Origin: Hydrolagus affinis
Lineage: Eukaryota
Direction of reading: 5' to 3'
Length of the DNA stretch: 64,000 bases
Assembly (NCBI GenBank): GCA_012026655.1
Contig: JAAILG010000005.1
Coordinates: 124,001 to 188,000 of the forward strand
This document shows, piece by piece, positions 51,860 through 63,355 of this stretch. Every line of letters begins with the position of its first letter. Within the stretch, counting starts at the first letter, position 1. Position numbers and translations under genes: made by a program. The notes under the pieces were generated by a model. It ran no database searches. It worked only from the letters and a program-made list of their open reading frames with translations, and had not been told where the DNA came from.

Positions 51860-52200
51860 AGACATTCTTCCTGGGGTATAGTTCCACAAATACTGAATGT
51901 CCTCTGGTATCTTGACTAACTGATCATTCCTTACGAGTGAGTTCAGACTGCAGGCGTTGCCAGACTTTGCAATCGTGGGAGGCATCACGGTCAATTCCAA
52001 TGTGGTTTCAAACCAGCGTCCGCACACGTGCACTTTCCCAAAAAGGTCACTGGATAGCGATCAGGAATAGGAATTCTGGCTGGATTTTGTTCCCCGTCCC
52101 TGGCCCATAGCCACTGTGTGAAATTGCAGAATCTCCTGTCTCAGATCTGCTAATTCAGTAAATACTGAAAATTCAACCCAAACCCTCTCGCTTCACATCT
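51860..52200 (-). mobile_element. Ancient LF-SINE-like element (best-preserved copy)
   Basis: Reverse complement has CAGCCAGAATTCCTATTCCTGATCGCTATCCAGTGACC..AAAGTGCACGTGTGCGGACG..GTGGAACTATACCCCAG. Confidence 0.55.
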
Positions 52201-52539
52201 GATGGATATCTTTACCAAATTTGAGCCTCACTCCAGAACCTTTTGGTTGCCACTCTTCCAATGGCCAATAACTTTAAAACAAGACATTCCTACTGTTGGA
52301 AGTATCATTTATTGCAATTCATGTACTTTATTTCTGGAACTAGTTACAACAGGGAACACTCCAGCTTTTTAGTTTAGATTTCCTACTATTTAAAATCCAT
52401 AACAGCTGGCTCTCCTGGCGTTCATTATAAAGCTCCTTCTCTGCTGTTGTACTGTTGTACTGCCTCCCAGGAGTTGTATTAGAAATGAGGAAGGAGAGGG
52501 GCTGCCTGTTCCCTCCCTCCTGCCTGCCTGCCCACTGGC

Positions 52540-52830
52540 TGGTGCTGGGGTGCAGTTCCAAAGATGTCATCAGTACTCCAGTAACCAGTAAACCCCCCCC
52601 ACTACTTTCATGGGTAGCCTGGGCAGTGTACGTCACTAGGCTACTCAACCTTAGGGGACATTACAGCCAAGTCAAACACAGTTTTCACCCATTATTCATG
52701 CACACACACTTTCCAGAAGGTGAACAAGAATGAGGGCACTGGTTGAGTTTTTTTCTTCCCCCCCCACCAGCCAAAGGATGCTGAGGTCCTTGAACTTAGT
52801 CAAGACCAGGAATTGAGTCTGAAACATGTG
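52540..52830 (-). mobile_element. Ancient LF-SINE-like element
   Basis: GCTGGGGTGCAGTTCCA..CATTACAGCCAAG..CACACACTTTCCAG..GGATGCTGAGG, colinear with 51860-52200. Confidence 0.5.
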
Positions 52831-54009
52831 TAGCTTATTGGTATTGATACATCAGAACCCACTGAAACCATTCAACCTTTCAGATAAACATTGATTACCC
52901 ATCGATAACAGAACTGTACATTTGTACTTTTTGCCACGAATATTTCTGGAATTTCCATATGGGGCAGCCATTAAACAGGTTAATTTGAAATGTAATATGT
53001 ATTAAACATACTTTACCTATATCTGAACTGTAGATTAAATGCCAAGATACTATACAACATGAAGGCCACAATACAAATGTGAGTTGTTGATTTATTATGA
53101 AACTTTTAGAAAGTGATTATAACAGTTCTATTTGAGCATTTAATTTTCCTTCATGGTTAAAGGCCTCTGCGCATAAGATTTTTCTTCAACTTTTGAGAAA
53201 ATGGCCCAATTCAGCAATGTCTAGAAGCTGCAGTAGCAATACTTTGTTATTACATTGTTAGTACAAATATTTCTATACATATATATATTTCTATATATAT
53301 TTCTATACTATAGTCTATTCAGACTGTTAGAATTATTGTGTATGCTGAAAGCTTCCATCAGATTCTTTCTCAATGGTCTTATACATAAATGGAAATAAAT
53401 TAACTCTGAATAGGTTGGTTCCAATGGACCTAATGAGGATATATCCAAATGCAGCCACTTCATTTTCTCACCTTCATTACTTACAACAGGAGATAAAAAA
53501 AAACAAGAATCAATACACCCCTACTAACCTGATACATCCTGTGTTTCTCCCAAACCTGCTCTTCCTTTAGAACATTTATATTCAACACTCCCTGGTGGGT
53601 TCTTGGGAATTCAATTAATAGACTCCAGGTTTCCTGAATTATACCATTTGAATAGGATACCTTTGCAACACTTTGGTGCAAGTCTTTCGACGTGCAATAA
53701 AATGTGCCCATTTTCACTCCATTTTGTTTGGTCAAGTAATTAACCTCTTCAGGTGGTCTGAAGTCAACAACTAATATAATAACAAATAGTTCATTCAGGT
53801 TTAAAGTCTTCTGAATGATAGGCTGCAGTCCAGTTGTATTCACACCCACTGTTAAATTAACACTCCATTAAATTACTCTATCCTTTCATTGTCTTTAGAA
53901 AAGACACAAACTACACATCCCCCCACCCTCCAACCTATTACTTCTATACAAGTGTAATTTTGTTGTTGTTGTTGTTGTTGTAGAAGTATGTTATTTTATT
54001 CTTGCCTCA

Positions 54010-54114
54010 ATGATAATAATCTTTGCGTTGGATATAGCACTTTTCACATCTCTAGACATCTCAAAGTGCTTCATAGAATATGTTGTGAAGTGAATTGACT
54101 ATGTTTTGTGGGCG
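54010..54114 (-). mobile_element. (ATT)n-tailed SINE 3' fragment
   Basis: GATATAGCACTTTTCACATC..AAGTGAATTGACTATGTTTTGTGGGCG. Confidence 0.85.
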
Positions 54115-54369
54115 CACGTTGCTTCACAAAAGTCCATTGAATTGTTTGGGGGGCATCTGCAGTAAAGCATAATCAGATTGCCAAGAACCAAAGACTCTTG
54201 CTGCTTCTTAGGAAATCAGAAGCTAACATTCATAATGTTTAGGATTAAAAACCGTAATACAAACTTCACTTCAATTACCGTTGCATTTAATGCCTCACCT
54301 TCAAATCTAATTTAAAAATGCATGAATGCACTTACAGTAGTAGGGTTCATAGACCCTCTCTTCCTCTGA

Positions 54370-54520
54370 TATACACATTTTCCAGGCTTTATTGGAAAGC
54401 GATCAGAAAATGGAATTATGGATGTTATTTTCCCCTCCCTAGATCAGGGATGCTGAAATGAATTGCACTTCCCCAGCTAGGATCAAACAATACCAAACAA
54501 GAATCAAACTTGGAACCTAT
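54370..54520 (-). mobile_element. Ancient LF-SINE-like fragment
   Basis: GGAAAGCGATCAGAAAATGGAATT..TTTTCCCCTCCCTAG..GGGATGCTGA resembles 52050-52130. Confidence 0.45.
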
Positions 54521-54561
54521 CTACTCTCCACCATTCAGTATAATAAAAATAAAAATAAAAA

Positions 54562-54904
54562 TAATAATAATAATAATAATTCCTTGCATTTGATATAGCG
54601 CTTTTCACATCTTATCGACATCCCAAAGTGCTTCACAGAATATACTGCAAAGTGAGTTGACTGTATATTTGTGGGTGAATCGGGGCAGCTAATTGCACAC
54701 AGCATGTCCCACAAACAGTCGTGGATTGAAATGACCAATTTTATTATTGTGGTTTTTTTTGGAGGGATTATTATTAGGCATGTGGAGTAAGGAAACTTAC
54801 CCAAGGTTTCGCCCTGACCTGCCTGGATTCGAACCCAAGTCTCCCCAGCTTGGTCTCCCCAACTTGCAAGACAAGTGCTCAAATCACTAAGCCACAGGAG
54901 CTCC
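54562..54904 (-). mobile_element. Full-length tRNA-derived (ATT)n-tailed SINE
   Basis: Colinear with 13781-14093; B box GGGTTCGAATCC on the minus strand; long (ATT)n/(TTTTTA)n tail. Confidence 0.9.
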
Positions 54905-55469
54905 ACATATAATTTACATATCATTTCCACGTATAATTTCCTGTGCTCATTGTGAGCCCATCTGCAAGATTGGAGGAGGAAGAGGAGCTGAAAGTAAAAT
55001 CAAAAGAAGAAAGAAAACACATAGCGACTACCTATAAAGTTGATATAACTTATAGGAAACAACTTGAGCCAGCCCAGGATATTTCCTAAACAGACAGGAC
55101 AGCCTTTGTGTGGCATTACCCACAGGAATGAATTGAAAATGCTAAACATTTTGCTTCTGAATGCATCTCCATTGATAATGAACTGACCAGCACATCTGAT
55201 TTAAAATGTATCTTTGCGTCGCAAAATCAAATTTAGATGTGCATAGGTGAATGAGTAAAATAGCTTAATTACACGGTTGTTTACTGGTCTGCAATTGATT
55301 TGTATTTATCGAAATCAACTCCCAAGGATTCAGCGCCATCTGAGTCCTGGGATGCAGAAGGCTGGTGGTTCTGTTGTGCTCTGCTGGCATTTCATGTCAA
55401 ATTCAGCTCAATATGACATTGTTGACTACATCAGCCTAGTCGATAACAACAACAACTTGCATGTGTTCT

Positions 55470-55710
55470 GAAGGTTGCAGGTTTGTCTTATGGTGGGCTT
55501 GATCTGAATTGGAACCGTAGTTGTCTTAGCTAACCTGTGCTAAGAAGGAAGAGAGAGAAAAAAACAGGCAATTCCCATTCCAAATTACTGTACTATCTTA
55601 TAATCTCTACTGGAAAATATATGTGTGTGGATAGTGGGTGAGAACAAATTTGAACTTACTTGTGGCACCAACCAGCAAAGCCGCCTGTTGACATTCACTG
55701 TTTTGGCTCA
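55470..55710 (+). mobile_element. Ancient LF-SINE-like element
   Basis: AAAAACAGGCAATTCCCATTCC..CTGGAAAATATATGTGTGTGGATAGTGGGTGAG..GACATTCACTGT..GGCTCA. Confidence 0.45.
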
Positions 55711-57909
55711 ATGTACCTGTTTAAGCTTTTTAATGCAATATGAACAGTGTAACCAGATGTGCTTTTCCCTTAAGATAGGATCTAAAGGCGATAGACAACA
55801 GTAACATCCCTAAAGGTTGCAAAATAATTATTTTCACAGGATCTAACTTTCAAATTAATGTCCTCTAGATACATACAGGATGTACCTTAAGGAAAATTAT
55901 TTTTACTTCTGTAAGCAGGAAACCATATAAATCCCATGAAGAGAAAGTTACTGCACAGTAGTTGGTTACCGGCAGTTTAAGGATAGGAAATGGATCTCAT
56001 CACTAGCTTGTGTAAACATAATGCTTTTTTTTTGTAACACACAGATTACATTTAAACATGGATAAACTGGATCCTTCCAATAGGCCACCTCATCTCTAAC
56101 TTAGTTATGCAACACAAGTGTTTCATTGCAAGACTTAAATGCATAACCTACTACAGTATATGCGGGTTTCACATTGTCTCATGATGAAAAAAACATTATA
56201 AAAAGATTATGTTCCTATAAAAAAAAGACACTGCTGCTTTGATATATGTTAGATATATTTGAAAAGCATTTTTGTGATGTATGCTGGTTATAGAATTTCC
56301 TAGGAATTTACTATAAATTATTTGGTAATAATAACTTGCATTAATTGCACAATTCATAATTCTTCAGCGTGAATGTTATCATATCCATATGAACAGCCTC
56401 TGCTAACAGAAAACAAACGAATAAGTACCTGCAACACACATTACACTAATAGCAAATACTTTAGGCTGAATTCAAAGTATACTGATGAAATTGTAGGGCT
56501 CGAACATCCATCAAAATACTACATGATGAATTTTGAATCTCTTGAACAGTAATATTCTTTGGTATTCATTTCTCACTATAATTATTATCCTTTAACTTCC
56601 CACTCTGATGTCAGAGAATATTATGGCAGTATAATCCTATCATCCTCCTGTACTCCACTTATAGGCTACTAATCCAATATGCACCCATTTTTCACTGAAA
56701 AAAGCAAAAGTGGTTTCTATAAATTTCCACAATATAACAGACAATCGGGGGATGTACTACAGACTTTTGTTTTTTGGGCTGCTGGCTGGGAGCCCAAAAC
56801 CAACTCTCAACCACATATAGTACATGTCTAATTCACCCCCAGCCATCCATTATTCTATATAAATGTCTTACAAGGAAAAGCAAAGTGTAAGTAGATAAAT
56901 GACTCTTGCTTAAATGAAATTACAGCCTCAAAGTGTGTATGCGTCATTGAATAAAATACTTTTTATATTGTTTCCTAAACTGCTTTTCTGCAAAATGAAT
57001 AACTGGAGGCATTTCATTATGTAATCAATCATGCGCCACTGGTTTATTTGTGTAAGTTTGGAGACTCCACATTGTAGAGGTTTCAAATATGAACTAACAA
57101 AAACAAACATATTACAGAATGGCATGTAAGCACTGTGTCATTCCATTTCACTTCATAGCCTCTAATGCAGATACTGTGTCAGCATTACAGTTATGATGCA
57201 TGACTGAAGATGCAGTTGGATGTGTTAACATTATCTTACTGTTGGGCAAATTGTTACAAAATAATGTGAATTTATAGATTGATGAGTAGACTAATTATCT
57301 ACCACCTAATGAAAAGATGTTATGCCAAGCAGAATGGAAGGGGAATAAGATGTCCTTATTAAGCAATTACAGACATATGTACATCTTGAAATGATCCTGC
57401 TATGCTTGAAAAAAGAAAACAGTGCTTAACAGAACGTAGGGTACAGTGATTACCTTTGTGTCATCCTCAATATAAAGGGAGGGAATTAAGTGTACACAAA
57501 CAACATTAAATGCCCTTTACATTTGAAGGTGAACTCACTTATTACCCTGGCCTGGCAACGCCTGTCACTTGTCAAGGTCCTGCTCGCCTCACATGTATAT
57601 TATTAATATTATTATTATTATTATTTTACAATGGCATCCTTCTTATGCGCTCAGGATGGAGTTCAATGAAACCCATTGTCTAAATATAGAATGATACAGT
57701 ACACATACTCGTTCACTCCCAAGAATCCCCATCCATAACTAGAAGACGTGAAAAGGATTATTATTATTATTTTCGCTGGTTGAACGCTTTATGCATTGAC
57801 GTTATAAGTATAGCAGCAAAAGTTTCAGTTTCAGTGAGAAGTCGCCACGTTGTTTCTCTTCTATCTTGTGATATGTGAAAGTCATTTGTGCCCAGGGCAG
57901 TTTGAGGGA

Positions 57910-57935
<26 letters not shown>
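57910..57935. repeat. (GT)n microsatellite
   Basis: Directly visible. Confidence 0.9.
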
Positions 57936-57941
<6 letters not shown>

Positions 57942-60155
57942 CCCCATCGATTGTTACAGATCAGAGCCCAAGTAATCATTTGAGAAAATAAAAATGGTAC
58001 CTGATGGGAATAAAACTTTATCGAACCGAAAATGATCTCCACGAACAAGTCAGTGGTTTTGAAATGTTACAAGGCAATGAATGATCTTCCTGTGATCATC
58101 TTGCAGTGGTAGTTTTGAAATGAACCAGGATATATATAGATATATATATTTTTTTACACACACACATACACACACATGTTGGGAGTCTGTTCAACAGAAT
58201 AAAATTGGAACAAAGGAAAGATTTTGAAACTCGGGGTTGATTTATAAAGTAGTGATTTGATTTGGGTGTCCATACTTCTAGAAGGTGGGGGTTTGGTTGG
58301 TGGGGAGGGGAGGGGGAAGGAAGACTGGAAAGGAATTCTAGAAGCAGATGAATGAGGCACAGACCAAACGAGACATATTTTTTTAAGCGAAGCTCAGAAA
58401 AAAGCTGCGATACAAAAGGGTAATGTTACAATGGCTTTTGAGGTCTTATTAAGACAGGACAGCGCTGAGAAGCTTTAGATAAGAGCACCCATACAGGGCG
58501 GTTTGTAGTTTCATTTCCTGAAGCGTTTTAATAAAACGTTGGGTTTGCTTCTTTCCAACTCCTTACCCCCAAGTCGCACAACGTGTGTTAAAACTCGAGA
58601 GAGGGAGAGAGAGAGGAGAGAGGAGACTCACTGAGTGTTGGGGTAATGAGCTATACCAGACAATTACCATTCCAGGTTCTGTTAAAGGGAAGGCTGATGC
58701 TATCTGAGTGAAGCGTATCAGTTGAAATGTGTGTAATTGCACTGTCAAACAGCTGAAAAGTACTCCCCTTCAGCTTATTGCCACTTCAAAATGAAATTCT
58801 TTCTCTGGCATGGTTATGCCTGATATGCAGGCATCAAAGAGGAGGCAGCAGGTCGCAGCCTCGGGCTATACACCTTTTTTAAAAACACACACACACACAC
58901 ACAAGAGAGAGAGAGAGATAGCTCAACGATTGTTGAGGCAGTGAGAGGTGGTGGATTCTGAGAATTTTCTTTCTTCTTTTCGTGTGTTTTTTTAAAAACA
59001 CACACAAAATAAAGCACATTCAGTCTAAACAGCAGAAAGGATATTTTTTTCCGCTCACACGTTACGATTTCAGTGGCGAGATAGATTGCGAGTCTTTTTT
59101 GGGGGAGTGAGTGAGTGAGTAAGCAAGAGAAGAGACTTTTGCTCTTATAAATGTATAAATTTTGCTTTTATAAATGTATAAAGCTAGGAGATATGGTTGA
59201 ATGCTTTGTGCGTTCAAATATACAAATATGCTTTATGCATTCAAATATGCTTTATGTATATATAGTATGCATATATATATATATACATACACACACACAC
59301 ACACAAAATAACTTAAATATACTTCTATGCCGCATCGTGACATTCACAGTAGCAAGAGCGACATTATGTTTGGGATTACATTTTTAAATATACAATCTGG
59401 CGATGAGAAGGGGTTATTGTCCCTGGAAACAGACATAGCAGAGGGGCTGGTCTACAAACAGAAATGATTAGTTTGTTTACTGGCTGTCTTCAAATGTTTA
59501 GAATTCATATTTAAAGCATCGCAGACCACACAGAAGCTCTGGATGTAGAGTCCAGCGACATTTAAACACAGAAAACTTGTCTTCCCCCCCACCTCCCCTT
59601 CCTCTCCCGAGTTCGGGCGTCAAACCCAGCATTGTTAAATGTCCCCCAGAAGTATTTAAAATCAATACATTTCACGTGTGCTCCCTCTGCATTCATCGCA
59701 AAATAAGTCATGTACTGCCTTTGCATTCACCAACGCGAAAAAAAAACTTGGGTAAAGTTACCAGCATTACAAACTAAATATTGCTCGAGGCAGAATCAGT
59801 TTACTTAATAGTTTAAATGTTTCAGACTTGAAGTCGATTCCCTCACCCCCCCCCCCCCCCAACCTCCTCCACCCCAGCCAGTGGTATACAGTTTAGGGAG
59901 ATATTTGGAAACTGATGTGGAACAAAAAACAAATGTTGCCCAAGGGGATGTAATCATCAATCCTTTTTTTTTAACGATTTATCCAAGCTGACCACAAGCC
60001 TGAAAACTGTTACAGGGTCGGGAGTAAAACTGTGTGGACTGCAGCTGACTGTTCCTGAGGCTTTCTCTGATCTGTGCTCTCTCCACCTGTGGACTCCAGG
60101 GAAAGTAACTTTTTGGCAGGGCTCACAGTTTCTGTTGGGAGTGCTGAAGCCTTGC

Positions 60156-60200
<45 letters not shown>
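60156..60200. repeat. Compound (TG)n(TA)n microsatellite
   Basis: Directly visible. Confidence 0.9.
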
Positions 60201-60205
<5 letters not shown>

Positions 60206-61154
60206 TTGGGCCTAGGCAGGCTGGATTTCAACATCTCCAAAAAATTAAAGTCTACATACAACCTTGATTAACATCTGCTAACCCTCTTGCTTGCCTTCCT
60301 TCCATTTGTTTGACAAACAATGAATCGCTCCGAGGCAAGTCATGGGGGAGGGAGGAAAGAGAGAGAGAGAGAGAGAGATGAAAGGGGAGAAAATATCCCA
60401 GTACAGTAAATGCTGGTAAGAAATATACAAAAAAAAGGATGATTTCATTTTTAGAGAGAAAAAAAAACAGGCAAAAGTTTAATCAGGGGAGAAATTCGGT
60501 TTAATATATTAGCTTGGTACATGAACAGTTTGTTGTAATAGGGATCTAATATATATATTATATATATTATCATTTTTGGTTTCGTTTTTTTCTTAAGATG
60601 TTCTTCTCAGGGTTTGAAATGCCTGTAAAATGAATAACATGCAGCCCACGATTACTATATTTATATAAAAAAAAGTAGGAAGACAGATCAAGTCATTTGG
60701 AGATGACATTTCTCCAACTTCCCCCCCCACCCCCCAAACCCCTCCTCCCCCACATTTCCTTTCTGGGCTGTTCTTTTGGCATTCAACAGCTTTCTGGAAT
60801 CAGATCACCTATTTTCACCTGCAGTCTTAGCATGATAACTCGATTCATTCACACGTTGTTCATATGTATATCCTAACCTCCGTTTTACACCTTTTGCAAA
60901 TCAAGTTCTTTCTCCCCATAAAAACAATGACAACACCCACGCTTAAAGCGCTTCCTTCAGAATAAAGAGACACATTAGTAAGCCTCCTATATTTCTAATT
61001 GCGTATACATTTACACACTGTGATCTTACTATTTTAGAAGTGAAAAATAATAAATAGTACACATTTATGAACAAATTTTCTATATTCCCATTTAAACATA
61101 TACATTCTAATATACAAAGTTAACAAAGACGTTGTACAGAAATTTCTTTTTTTA

Positions 61155-61280
61155 CGTTTAAAATATGACTCACTTTTATTTTTTTCCTTTTATATGTAGT
61201 TATAAATATATTTTGTCAAAATATATGATCATATGGTCAACATTTGCACATAAGTCATAAATAATGTAATGGTGAACGCC
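61155..61280 (-). promoter_or_regulatory. Conserved AU-rich BMP4 3' UTR block
   Basis: Minus strand TTATTTATGACTTATGTGCAAATGTTGACCATATGATCATATATTTTGACAAAATATATTTATAACTAC closely resembles the recalled human BMP4 3' UTR; it includes TTATTTAT ARE-like sequence. Confidence 0.7.
61175..61180 (-). terminator. BMP4 polyadenylation signal AATAAA
   Basis: TTTATT on plus, 190 nt after the stop, in the context AAAAAAATAAAAGTGAGTCATATTTTAAA, which matches my recollection of the mammalian BMP4 mRNA 3' end. Confidence 0.75.
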
Positions 61281-61339
61281 TGTGTTACGAATAGTGTCCA
61301 GACATCATAAAAAGTTAATTATTAGTAGTATTTTTGTTT

Positions 61340-61370
61340 TCTCTCTCTCCTTCTCTCTCTCTCTCTCTCC
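61340..61370 (-). repeat. (GA)n tract immediately after the BMP4 stop codon
   Basis: TCTCTCTCTCCTTCTCTCTCTCTCTCTCTCC on plus, abutting TCA at 61371. Confidence 0.9.
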
Positions 61371-62248
61371 TCAGTGGCATCCGCATCCCTCTACCACCAT
61401 CTCCTGATAGTTTTTCAACACAACTTTGTCGTATTCGTCCAAGTAGAGCATTGAGATAGGGCTGAGTTCTGTGGGGACGCAGCAAGCCTTGGGGATGTTG
61501 GAGTTTACAGAGTTTACAAGAGTCTGCACGATGGCGTGGTTGGTTGAATTCAGGTGATCTGCCAGTGGGAATGGGCAGTCGCCGTGACAGTAAAAGGCTT
61601 GGTAGCCAGGCGGTGCCACTATCCAGTCGTTCCAGCCCACATCGCTGAAATCCACATAGAGCGAGTGCCTCCTGCAGTGCGACTTGTTCTTCTTGCGTCT
61701 CAGGCCTTTGCCGCTACGTTTCACCCTCCGGGTGAGAGCGTGTCCCTTGCCATCGTGGCTGAAAGTTACAAGCAAAGGCCTGAGCTGCGACCAATCGCCT
61801 CCAACGCCTCCTCCACCTCCCTCACCCCTCCTCCCTCCAGCTCTCTGGTGCAGCGATCTGCTAATCCTAACGTGCGAGCCTTGCTGGCTTCTCGTCTCGT
61901 TCAGGTGAATCACTTCGACCGCCAGCCCGTGGTTAGGCTGTTTGTGCACCGTCCATCTCAACACGGCCGGGCTCACGTCAAAGCTCTCCCACTGTGTCCT
62001 GTTCTGATGGACCAACCTGGTATCCAACAGCCTGGTGATGAGGTCGCCCTGTTTGCTGGGGGCCCTCATGATCTCATAGACGTTGATGCGGTGGAAACCT
62101 TCATCCCAGTTCAACAGGCTGTCGATCCGCTCCCGGTAAACTCTCAGCTCGGCAGAAGAAAGCACTTCGTTCTCGGGAACCGCGCTGATATTAAACACAA
62201 AACGAAACGTGAAGTCTTGCCTCCAGCCCGGCACCAACTCCAAGTGGT
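61371..62248 (-). CDS. bmp4: Bone morphogenetic protein 4, last coding exon (prodomain C-half and mature TGF-beta domain)
   Basis: Acceptor TTTCTGTTGCGAAACAG|AC at 62250-62249, phase 1. Contains the RISR (S2, 61857-61868) and RVKR (S1, 61716-61727) cleavage motifs and a 7-Cys mature domain [90 protein letters not shown] and YQEM favour BMP4 over BMP2. TGA at 61373-61371. Confidence 0.97.
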
Positions 62249-63355
62249 CTGTTTCGCAACAGAAATGAGAGACAACCCTTAAAACAACTGATTCATCAAG
62301 TGTATGTGAGGTGGAGAGGGGTGGGGGGGGGAGAGGCAAACACACACACACACACACAAACATGTACTGTATACCCATTCATACACACACACAGGACCCG
62401 AGTAAATACCCTTTAATTAAAAGATATGATACAACTAGACTAAACCGAGGCCAAACAAAAGGTGACGCCCGCCTCTAAAGTTATTACACCAAAAAACTAG
62501 TGTTTTTGACTCAAAAATGTCGAATCGACCACTTAATAACGCAAAACCAGTTTCACACAAGAGCTAAACACACAGCAGCAGGGAAAAAAAACCTTGGCTC
62601 GTTTCTTAGAAGTACTTTTGTCACCTGCCACAACTGCTCCCCCCCCCACCCCCCCCACCCCCTCACCCACAACCCCAACTCAGACTCGACTATTAATTGA
62701 AATCTGCAATCCTCTCCAGCTTGTGTGAAAGTCTAAATGCGCCAGCCACTCGAATACATTGCACTCACCCAACAATACTCGACTATAATATATATATATT
62801 TTTTAAAAACACGTCTGTCTCCCAATACGTGTGCCTGGATTCCTGAACATTCAACATTCAAATGACCTGTTCTGTCTGGGACTGTAAATACACAACTGTA
62901 AATACCCATTTCCCCCCCTTCTAAAAACAAAACATTCAGAAAGTCCCTTCTGTATACAGTGTACTCCATTCTTTGTACCCCCCTCCCCCCCCCCAACTTA
63001 GCCCAGTAACCCACTATTGGGGAGAGTATCATTATCATCATCAACAACAACAACAACAAGATTGGTAAGTGAATGGCTCGAAAAAGACAACACAAACGAG
63101 TCATCAAAGTGAGAATCTCAACACTCACTGCTATATATACATTATATACACACACATACATAATATACACACACATATACATAATACACACATATTATAT
63201 ATATATATAAATATATACACACACATAATATAAAAATACACACACACACATCGCCAAGGCAAAAGAAGAAAGAGAAGCCCCCGCCCACACACACCCCCCC
63301 CCCCCACACACACACACACCCCCACCTCCCAAGTGAAGTGAAGTGTGTTTAGTAC
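62249..63355 (-). other. BMP4 phase-1 intron (1107 nt), GT-AG
   Basis: Donor GAAG|GTACT at 63355; acceptor ACAG| at 62249. Joining gives FHHE-D-HLE in frame: 352+878=1230 nt = 409 aa + stop. Confidence 0.93.

Noticed and set aside
54535-54930. 131-aa ORF similar to ORF 13779-14108 and several 'KCKDYYY' ORFs
   Set aside because: The similarity comes from translating copies of the same SINE; not a protein family.
61554-62282. 242-aa plus-strand ORF
   Set aside because: Antisense shadow of the GC-rich BMP4 exon; no recognisable domain and no canonical ATG start.
62249-62378. N-terminal part of the 335-aa ORF ([12 protein letters not shown]..)
   Set aside because: Intronic read-through upstream of the acceptor at 62249.
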